Shown here piece by piece: positions 56,705 through 64,000 of a stretch of 64,000 bases of DNA (position 1 is the first letter of the stretch; every line of letters begins with the position of its first letter). The translations under genes and the position numbers were made by a program. Below the pieces are notes generated by a model. That model was not told the DNA's origin and ran no database searches. It saw nothing but the letters and a program-made list of their open reading frames with translations. Where the stretch lies: NCBI GenBank assembly GCA_023435745.1, contig JAEZMD010000003.1, forward strand, positions 29,923 through 93,922, in the 5' to 3' direction. The DNA comes from Bacillota bacterium. Lineage in GTDB: Bacteria; Bacillota; Clostridia; Acetivibrionales; DTU013.

Positions 56705-57503
56705 GAACCTGATTTTGTTAAATGCGCGAAGCTGGGTTGACGATCCGGAAAACATGAGTAATGGCAGGAGTGTTGAGAAAAGAATAGTATGGGATCCATC
56801 AAAGACTGCGGCGGTTATTTCCGATATGTGGGACAGACATTGGTGTAAAGGCGCGACAGAACGCGTTGCGGAAATGGCTCCGCATATGAATGAATTTATA
56901 GAGGCTCTGCGAATAAAAGGTGTTACAATACTTCACGGACCAAGTGATACCATGAGCTTTTACGAAGGCCATCCCGGCCGTATTCTTGCCCGGTCGGCAC
57001 TGCCTGCTGAAACAACTGTACCGCTTCAAAAATGGGTATATTTTGATGCTTCAAAGGAGGAAGCGCTGCCTTTTAATACCGCGCGCGATAAATGCGACTG
57101 TGAAACTCCATGTAATGCAGGAAAAGTCTGGACTCGTCAGATAGATACACTAGAAATAGCAGAAGGGGATCTCATTACCGATAGCGAAGAAGCATTTTAT
57201 TTTATTAGACAGAAGGGTATTGAAAACGTATTTATTATGGGCGTCCACACTAATATCTGTGTTCTGGGACGACCATTTGGGATACGTCAGCTAGTAAATC
57301 AGGGCCTTAATGTAGTGCTTGTCCGTGATTTGACCGATACGATGAATGACGGGCTTTCCGAATCATATGCCGGACATTTTGCCGGTACCGAATTAATAGT
57401 GCGGCACATTGAAAAGTATTGGTGCCCAACTATTACCAGTAACCAGATTCTTGGCGGCAGGCCGTTTCATTTTAAGGGTGATAACCACACAATGCTAACC
57501 TGA
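56682..57503 (+). CDS. isochorismatase-family (cysteine hydrolase-like) protein
   Basis: AAVISDMWDRHW (Asp region) and VFIMGVHTNICVLG (nucleophile Cys region). An internal Cys-rich insert reads RDKCDCETPCNAG. TTG 56682 overlaps the maturase gene by 23 nt, and ATG 56754 is an alternative start. Confidence 0.6.
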   Translation: MRKSYRYENLILLNARSWVDDPENMSNGRSVEKRIVWDPSKTAAVISDMWDRHWCKGATERVAEMAPHMNEFIEALRIKGVTILHGPSDTMSFYEGHPGRILARSALPAETTVPLQKWVYFDASKEEALPFNTARDKCDCETPCNAGKVWTRQIDTLEIAEGDLITDSEEAFYFIRQKGIENVFIMGVHTNICVLGRPFGIRQLVNQGLNVVLVRDLTDTMNDGLSESYAGHFAGTELIVRHIEKYWCPTITSNQILGGRPFHFKGDNHTMLT

Positions 57504-57831
57504 GTTCAAATCTTGTTTTTTCATCAAACGATACTTCAGCGGCCTCTGCCAGATTATTTTGAACATGGAGGGAGTCGCTTTTTTTATGCACTATAGACAC
57601 CTTTTTAACTGGTTTTCACGTGGATTTATGCAAATAGTACAATAATCTTCGAATTTGTACTTAGATTCATTTCACTGATTTTTTATCAATTCCTAATATA
57701 GTGCAATTACTTTCAGATATGAATATTTACTTTCTGACTAAAACAAGATAACTTGAAAATGGGTAATGGATTATTTGATTTTTGTCTATAAAGTTTCACT
57801 AAATTTCATAATTCAGAGAGGAATCATAAAG

Positions 57832-58803
57832 ATGGATCTTGAATATCAAGCACTGCAGAATAAAAGAGCAGTAGGAACAAAAAAGGATAAGTCAAAATCA
57901 TTCTTACTAATTATGAAGAAATATAAGTATTATTATCTTCTAATGCTACCCGGTATATTGTATTTTATTATCTATAAGTACATTCCAATGTTTGGCATTG
58001 TAATTGCGTTTAAAGATTATGTACCCTGGTATGGGTTTATTAATAGTGAATGGGTAGGATTTAAAAACTTTAATATGTTTTTTTCATCCGTATATTTTTG
58101 GAGATTGTTGCGTAATGCATTCGTGATAAACGGGTTAAAAATTATTTTTTCTTTTCCTTTACAGCTGATATTTGCTTTACTGCTCAATGAGGTACTTCAT
58201 TTAAAGTATAAAAAAATAGTTCAGACTGTTTCCTATCTTCCTCACTTTTTTTCATGGGTTGTATTGGGAGGTCTGATGTTTAATCTCTTCAACACAAACT
58301 ATGGAGTTATTCCCAAGGTCATGGAGAGTATCGGAATGCAGCCGGTTTCACTTTTAATGTCACCGGGGCTTTTCCGACCTTTATTGGTAATAACGGCGGC
58401 CTGGAGGTATATGGGATGGGGGGCTATAGTATATATAGCTGCATTAGCGGGAATTGATCCAAATCTGTATGAAGCAGCAGTGATCGATGGCGCAAATAAA
58501 TGGAAACAGATGATACATGTAACATTACCTTCAATTATACCATTATTCATAATAATGTTTATCATGAGATTAGGACAGGTATTGGGAAACGACTTCCAAC
58601 AGATTTTGGTATTAATGAATGAAAATGGGGTTCTTTTTGAAGTAGGCGATGTCTTTGAGACGTTTGTATACAGGATAGGAATACAACAGGGGAACTTTAG
58701 TTATGCTTCGGCAGTAGGCTTATTTCAAGGGATTGTGGGATTTGTGTTTGTTGTTTCGACAAACTATGCCGTAAAAAAGATGGGGCAGGATAGCTTATGG
58801 TAA
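57832..58803 (+). CDS. ABC sugar permease (LplB/YteP-like)
   Basis: GAGAGGA RBS before ATG 57832. ..KKYKYYYLLMLPGILYFIIYKYIPMFGIVIAFKDY is the typical LplB N-terminus. EAA loop AALAGIDPNLYEAAVIDGANKWKQ. Confidence 0.88.
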   Translation: MDLEYQALQNKRAVGTKKDKSKSFLLIMKKYKYYYLLMLPGILYFIIYKYIPMFGIVIAFKDYVPWYGFINSEWVGFKNFNMFFSSVYFWRLLRNAFVINGLKIIFSFPLQLIFALLLNEVLHLKYKKIVQTVSYLPHFFSWVVLGGLMFNLFNTNYGVIPKVMESIGMQPVSLLMSPGLFRPLLVITAAWRYMGWGAIVYIAALAGIDPNLYEAAVIDGANKWKQMIHVTLPSIIPLFIIMFIMRLGQVLGNDFQQILVLMNENGVLFEVGDVFETFVYRIGIQQGNFSYASAVGLFQGIVGFVFVVSTNYAVKKMGQDSLW

Positions 58804-58848
58804 ATCAGTGGCAGGACTAAAGAATGAATTTGGAAGGGAAGTGTAAAA

Positions 58849-59748
58849 ATGGCTGCAAGAAAAATGAAATTATCAAGAGGGTATAAAGTGTTCCTGACCT
58901 TTGATTATATACTTATGTTTTTTATTGCTTTTGTTACAATTCTTCCGTTTGTGTATGTAATATCAATTTCCCTGCTATCGCAGGAAGGATTAATGAAGTA
59001 TGGATTTACTCTTATCCCTCGTGAATTCAGCCTTGTGAATTATAAATACATTATTACCCGGAATATATCGACCTTTGCAAACGGATATAAAAACACAATA
59101 TTTATAACAGTTGTCGGCACGGCGATGAATTTACTGGTTACTGCAGGAGTGGCTTATCCATTGTCAAAAAAAAATCTGCCGGCGCGTAATTTAATAACAA
59201 TGTTTCTTTTCTTCACCATGCTCTTTGGCGGTGGATTGGTTCCGCTATATCTGGTGGTGAAGGGCACCGGACTAATGGATACAAGGTGGGCGCTTATAAT
59301 TCCTGAGCTGGTAAACGTATGGAATATGCTTATATTAAGAAACTTTTTCATGACTATACCTGATAGCATTGAAGAGTCTGCACAGATAGATGGATGTTCT
59401 CCGATGGGAATACTGTTCAGGATAATACTTCCCCTTTCACTTCCTTCAATTATGACCATTGGGTTGTTTTATGCGGTGTATCACTGGAATAATTGGTTTT
59501 CGGCCACAATATACATTTCTGACGCAGGTAAAAAGCCAATGATGCAGATATTGAGAGATATTCTCCTGTTGTCAAAGCTGGGCGAAGAAGACTCTTCTGT
59601 TGGAAATACAATACAGTCAATCACTGTACCAAGTGTAGGGATAGAAAACGCTTCAATAGTTATTGCGATTTTACCGATATTGGCAGTTTATCCTTATATT
59701 CAGAAATACTTTGTAAAAGGGGTCCTGGTTGGATCTGTCAAAGGCTGA
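58849..59748 (+). CDS. ABC sugar permease (LplC/YtcP-like)
   Basis: Six TM helices, EAA loop MTIPDSIEESAQIDGCSPMGILF, and a C-terminal end similar to the fragment at 1..356. Confidence 0.88.
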   Translation: MAARKMKLSRGYKVFLTFDYILMFFIAFVTILPFVYVISISLLSQEGLMKYGFTLIPREFSLVNYKYIITRNISTFANGYKNTIFITVVGTAMNLLVTAGVAYPLSKKNLPARNLITMFLFFTMLFGGGLVPLYLVVKGTGLMDTRWALIIPELVNVWNMLILRNFFMTIPDSIEESAQIDGCSPMGILFRIILPLSLPSIMTIGLFYAVYHWNNWFSATIYISDAGKKPMMQILRDILLLSKLGEEDSSVGNTIQSITVPSVGIENASIVIAILPILAVYPYIQKYFVKGVLVGSVKG

Positions 59749-59868
59749 AACCGATACTGTCACATGTCTTAAGAATGTTGGAGGCACGAGAAACCTCGAG
59801 CCTCGAAACATAACATCGAAGCCTATCTTGGGTTTTCGAAAGAAGCAAAAAATAAAAGGAGGGTTTTT

Positions 59869-61476
59869 ATGTTCAAGATGAAAAAAGCATTGTGCCTGGT
59901 CATGGTATTTGTATTCGCATTAGCGGCTGCATTAGCCGGTTGCGGCGCGAAAAATGCACCGGAGGAAAAACCCGCTGTAAATGCGGATACTACGAGTGCA
60001 ACTGACATCAAAGAGAGTGCTCCTGCTCCTGCCCCTTCAGAGAAACCGATAGAAATCGTTATGCTAAAGTCTTATATTGTACAAGGCAAGCAGGAACAGG
60101 CAGTGATTGATGCAATTCAGGAAAAAATACTTGAAGACCTGAATTTGAACATAAAATTTAAGTTTATTACATTCACGGATCAAGTTGAAACGTTGCAGAA
60201 GTTGATGCTGATGTCAGCTTCGGGCGAGCAGCTGGATATGTTTACAATATCCACCGTTGCCTTCAACGATATTATCTCAAAGCCTGGATTATTGGCGCCT
60301 CTTGATGAAGCTATCAGTAAATACGGAAGCAACTTGAAAAAGGTTATTCCGCAGGAGACCTTTGAGCGCTTCGAAGTAGATGGCAAAACGATATGCATAC
60401 CTAACAATTCGGGTACCCTTATTCAGGAAGGAATTATTATCCGTCAGGATTGGCTGGACAAGCTGGGATTGGAAATTCCCACATCTATTGAGGAATTGGA
60501 AAACGTTATGGAAGCGTTCAAGACGAGAGATCCTGATGGTAACGGCAAAAACGACACAGTACCGCTTGCGGTTATGGAAAATTACCTGAACCTTAATTTT
60601 TCTCCGGCTGTGACTAGACTTGCGCCATCGACATTTACAATGCCCGGAATCTGGGATTGCGCGGAAAGTGACGGTACCGTTAAACCAACTTTCTTGAATC
60701 CGGATTATGCGGACATGGTCAAGCTAATAAAAAAATGGTATGAAAAGGGATGGCTGAGCAAGGACTTTCTTGTTACTTCCAAAGAACAGTTTGATGAAAT
60801 GTTTAAAATGGGTAAGGCTGGCATTTATGCTCGCACATGGAAGAATATTGAGTATGAAGTTGAAATGCAGAAAGCAGACCCGAATGTTAAGCTGAGCTAT
60901 GTGCCGCCTCTGAGTGGCCCCAAAGGGAAAGTGGCACTCGGCAGATATAAAACAAATCAAATGGCTATGGTACCAAGCTTCAGCAAGAACCTGGATACTG
61001 TCATCAAGATACTTGATTGGTCTGTAATGAATGAAGAAAACTATATGCTGACGTTGTATGGAATCGAGGGTGTTACTTATAAAAAGGCAGGATCGATTAA
61101 GATTGATGCCCCTACTATTGAAGAAAGAGGAGAAACCTTATATTCCGGAATAATGAACAACATAGAGGTGCTGGACTGGATCAAATATCAGGCGGTTGTT
61201 TCAGATAAGTATATAGAAGTTGAAAAGTACGTCAACGAACCGGATTGTGATGTGATTTATGGCGATACGGCCGGGATGGCTATGGTGCTTGATGAATTCA
61301 ATAGCGTGAAGGCTCAGTGTGATACTATTAGAAAAGAATGGTTGACAAAGATGGCTATAGGTGAAATTTCCATTGATAAGTATAGCGATTTTATCAACGA
61401 ATGGACATCAAAGGGTGGAAATATCTATATTAAAGAGAAAACGGAACAGTATAAGAAGATTAAAGGAATCAAATAG
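59869..61476 (+). CDS. extracellular solute-binding lipoprotein (large LplA-type)
   Basis: AAAGGAGGG RBS and lipoprotein signal MFKMKKALCLVMVFVFALAAALAGC. 535 aa. Confidence 0.88.
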   Translation: MFKMKKALCLVMVFVFALAAALAGCGAKNAPEEKPAVNADTTSATDIKESAPAPAPSEKPIEIVMLKSYIVQGKQEQAVIDAIQEKILEDLNLNIKFKFITFTDQVETLQKLMLMSASGEQLDMFTISTVAFNDIISKPGLLAPLDEAISKYGSNLKKVIPQETFERFEVDGKTICIPNNSGTLIQEGIIIRQDWLDKLGLEIPTSIEELENVMEAFKTRDPDGNGKNDTVPLAVMENYLNLNFSPAVTRLAPSTFTMPGIWDCAESDGTVKPTFLNPDYADMVKLIKKWYEKGWLSKDFLVTSKEQFDEMFKMGKAGIYARTWKNIEYEVEMQKADPNVKLSYVPPLSGPKGKVALGRYKTNQMAMVPSFSKNLDTVIKILDWSVMNEENYMLTLYGIEGVTYKKAGSIKIDAPTIEERGETLYSGIMNNIEVLDWIKYQAVVSDKYIEVEKYVNEPDCDVIYGDTAGMAMVLDEFNSVKAQCDTIRKEWLTKMAIGEISIDKYSDFINEWTSKGGNIYIKEKTEQYKKIKGIK

Positions 61477-61516
61477 TCGAAATTCAAACTATTTATCTGA
61501 ACTAAGTTTATCTGAA

Positions 61517-61571
61517 GGAAGGAAAATCCGCACTGTTACTTCCGAACAGTCAACAGTGCGAATTTTCTTCC
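61517..61571 (+). terminator. long imperfect stem-loop between SBP and sulfatase genes (attenuator or mRNA-stabilising hairpin)
   Basis: GGAAGGAAAATCCGCACTGTT (61517..61537) pairs with AACAGTGCGAATTTTCTTCC (61552..61571). That gives 17 Watson-Crick pairs plus one G-U over 20 positions, with a 14-nt loop. The loop contains a second AACAGT that could pair alternatively. No clean U-tract follows. Confidence 0.5.
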
Positions 61572-61597
61572 TGTGTTAATGAATCGGGAGAGTTACG

Positions 61598-62893
61598 ATG
61601 AAGAAACCGAACATATTATGGATATTTTCTGATCAGCACAGAGCTCAGGCTCTTAGCTGCTATGGTGATGAAAATATTAACACGCCTAACCTTGACCGTT
61701 TAGCAAGGGAAGGAGCACGTTTCCAAAGAGCCTATTCAAATACCCCTCTTTGCTCGCCTTTCCGCGCAAATCTATATACGGGTAAATACTGTACTACAAA
61801 TGGAGTTACCTCTCTGCACAGGCCGCTTTTGCCCGTACACCGCACACTGGCGCAGGAATTGCAGGAATTTGGGTATTACACATCACATATGGGGAAATGG
61901 CATCTATCGGGAGGTGCCGCTCCGTGTCATTTTGCGTCTCCATATTTTCGTCAGGGATGGGACGAGTGGCTGGGCTGGGAAAATTCCAATTGTCCCTTTG
62001 AGACGGAATACTCTGTTGGGATGGGACCTCGGCCGCTTAAAAAGCTCGAAGGATACCAGACAGATATTTTAACAGATTTTACTGTAGAGTGGATAAAAAA
62101 TCAACCGGCAGATCGTCCATGGTTTCATGTTGTATCAATAGAACCGCCTCATCCTCCTAATGTAGCACCCGAACGCTTTATGGAGATGTTTAGGGACAAA
62201 GAGATCAAGCTCAGAGATAATGTTCCGCTGGATCATCCGCAACTTGAAGACTTTAAAGAAAGTATTAGATGTTATTATGCACAGATAGCGAATCTTGATT
62301 TTAATGTCGGAAGAATAATAAAAGCATTGGAGGAAACAAACCAGCTTGATGACACAATAATATTTTATTTTTCAGATCATGGAGACTTGATGGGAAGCCA
62401 TGGAAGAATGCACAAAGGCCGTCCGGAAAGTGAGTCAAGCCAGATCCCGATATTGATCAGATATCCATGGAAAGTTCCTCAGGGTCTGGTAACCGACGCA
62501 TTAATCAGTGCTGTTGATATTGCGCCTACTTTGCTGGGAATGATAGGAGCTCCGGTTCCTGATTATGTCGAAGGTGAAGATTTGAGCAAGGTTGTTTTCG
62601 GTTTGGTAAAGGAAGGCGCAAAGATGGTGTTGCTCCAGTATGAAAGCACATACTTTGCTGAAAATCCTGATGAGCGCTTCAGGTCGGTTATATCAAACCA
62701 ATGGATGTATACTGTTTTTGGGGCAAATCGACCATCGCAATTATTCGATATGGAAAAGGATCCGTACCAAATGAATAATATTGTAAACAAATCTGAATAT
62801 GCCGGTATTCAGCAAAAACTTCACAGATTGCTGGAAAATAAATTGGAGGAGATTGGAGACAATTTTCTAAAAGGGGGAAATGATAAGCTATGA
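61598..62893 (+). CDS. Cys-type sulfatase (S1 family), cytoplasmic
   Basis: MKKPNILWIFSDQHR, TPLCSPFRANLYTGK (CxPxR), and YFSDHGDLMGSHG. No signal peptide. Confidence 0.9.
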   Translation: MKKPNILWIFSDQHRAQALSCYGDENINTPNLDRLAREGARFQRAYSNTPLCSPFRANLYTGKYCTTNGVTSLHRPLLPVHRTLAQELQEFGYYTSHMGKWHLSGGAAPCHFASPYFRQGWDEWLGWENSNCPFETEYSVGMGPRPLKKLEGYQTDILTDFTVEWIKNQPADRPWFHVVSIEPPHPPNVAPERFMEMFRDKEIKLRDNVPLDHPQLEDFKESIRCYYAQIANLDFNVGRIIKALEETNQLDDTIIFYFSDHGDLMGSHGRMHKGRPESESSQIPILIRYPWKVPQGLVTDALISAVDIAPTLLGMIGAPVPDYVEGEDLSKVVFGLVKEGAKMVLLQYESTYFAENPDERFRSVISNQWMYTVFGANRPSQLFDMEKDPYQMNNIVNKSEYAGIQQKLHRLLENKLEEIGDNFLKGGNDKL

Positions 62894-64000
62894 ACGTAAT
62901 TGTAATTGTGTGCGATACCTTAAGAAGGGATCATTGCGGACCATATCATAAAGGTAGGCCGCTCAACATGTGCGGTCATCCCGAACAGCCGGATTGGGTT
63001 GTTCCAACTCCCAACATGGACAGGCTCGCAGCGAAAGGTACGGTTTTTGAAAATGCGTGGTGTGGTTCAACGCCGTGCATGCCCGCACGCCGGGATATAT
63101 ATACGGGAAGGTACGAATTCCTGGAGCGCGGATGGGGACCGCTTGAGGAAAGAGACCTTGATCTTCCCACTCAGGTTTCGGGCACCCCAAATGAATCAGT
63201 TGCTAAGATGATGCGGGATGGCAGACCTGTCAGTTATCTGGTTACGGACCACTTCCATTTATGGGAGAAAGGGTCGGGGAATTACCACATGGGATATACA
63301 GGCTTTGAATTTATCAGGGGGCATGAAGCAGATGCCTGGTATACCGATCCTGACGAATTCTTCTGTCCCGAAAAAGATAAATATTACAAAACCGAAAGAC
63401 ATTTCAGGGCGGCACATTTTGAACGCAAATCCGAGGAAGACTGGTTCGCTCCGAAGGTATTTACAAAGGCTTCCGAATGGCTGAGCCGAAATTATAAGCA
63501 TGACAGTTTCTATTTGCATATTGACTGCTTTGATCCGCACGAGCCATGGGATGCGCCTGAAGAGTATGTCAAGATGTTTGACCCCAGGGGATATGATGTT
63601 GAAGAATGGAGAGCGATGGCGCCTTACGATAAGTGGGCCAATAATATGACGGAAAGTGAGTTTTTGCATTTCAGAGCGCGCTATGCAGCTCATGTTACAC
63701 TTGTAGACAAGTGGCTCGGGAAGTTACTTGACAAGATGGATGAGCTGGGATTGTGGGAAAATACCATGGTAATATTGACAACCGACCACGGTACTTATAA
63801 TGGCGATCGCGGCCGTATGGGCAAAAGACAGACTCATGAGTTTGGTTCGGTAGGGCATATTCCTTTTATTGTATATCATCCGGAATATGGGCATGGCGAG
63901 AGACGCAGCCAACTAGTACAGCTTGTTGACATTTATCCTACTACTTTAAACGCATTATCCAGGCTCGTGCCTGCTGAAAGACACGGCATAAACCTTATTC
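62890..64000 (+). CDS. Cys-type sulfatase, 5' part (3' end outside the window)
   Basis: It is absent from the ORF track because no stop occurs in the window. I read frame 1 as open from ATG 62890 to 64000, and the ATG overlaps the previous stop as ATGA. MNVIVIVCDTLRRDH.., STPCMPARRDIYTGRYEF, CFDPHEPW and LTTDHG are present. It is a paralogue of 52236..53732. Confidence 0.85.
   Translation, partial: MNVIVIVCDTLRRDHCGPYHKGRPLNMCGHPEQPDWVVPTPNMDRLAAKGTVFENAWCGSTPCMPARRDIYTGRYEFLERGWGPLEERDLDLPTQVSGTPNESVAKMMRDGRPVSYLVTDHFHLWEKGSGNYHMGYTGFEFIRGHEADAWYTDPDEFFCPEKDKYYKTERHFRAAHFERKSEEDWFAPKVFTKASEWLSRNYKHDSFYLHIDCFDPHEPWDAPEEYVKMFDPRGYDVEEWRAMAPYDKWANNMTESEFLHFRARYAAHVTLVDKWLGKLLDKMDELGLWENTMVILTTDHGTYNGDRGRMGKRQTHEFGSVGHIPFIVYHPEYGHGERRSQLVQLVDIYPTTLNALSRLVPAERHGINLI

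Noticed and set aside
57540-57590. Possible terminator after the isochorismatase-like gene (AGCGGC...GTCGCT followed by TTTTTTT)
   Set aside because: Only a 6-bp stem with a loop of about 30 nt could be drawn. The T-run alone is not sufficient, so I left it uncalled.

Overview
This 64-kb window looks like chromosome from a low-GC, spore-forming Firmicute, probably Clostridia-like. Evidence: AGGAGG-type RBSs, many GTG/TTG starts, gerM and a CwlD-like amidase, and YesMN/LplABC-type sugar systems. I saw no rRNA, tRNA, CRISPR array, transposase or integrase. Positions 1-21.7 kb are mostly housekeeping genes: the tail of a sugar ABC system, sbcDC, a small orphan gene, argGH with an ARG-box-like operator, ruvCAB, queH, and amidase-gerM-rdgB-ysnB. 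A 3.1-kb AT-rich GtrA/GT2/GT-C glycosylation island sits between ruvB and queH. It is bracketed by a 31-nt direct repeat that duplicates the ruvB-stop/queH-start junction. Positions 21.8-34.5 kb hold one tightly coupled eight-gene envelope operon. It joins an ABC-2 exporter and a large GldG-like protein to a MoxR AAA+ / DUF58 / BatA-vWA module. This is my best candidate for an uncharacterised system. Positions 34.6-64 kb are accessory sugar and sulfate metabolism: a YesM/YesN two-component pair, a CUT1 ABC importer, a gene remnant and two AraC regulators. One of the AraC regulators is a membrane-anchored sensor fused directly to the output domain. They are followed by a seven-gene block with no glycoside hydrolase: three Gfo/Idh/MocA enzymes, one TIM-barrel protein, an AKR, a Zn-ADH and FucU. 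The rest comprises three signal-peptide-less Cys-type sulfatases, an anaerobic sulfatase maturase, a SulP permease, an isochorismatase-like protein and an LplABC-type importer. All calls rest on reading the translations and the DNA by eye. No searches or computations were run.
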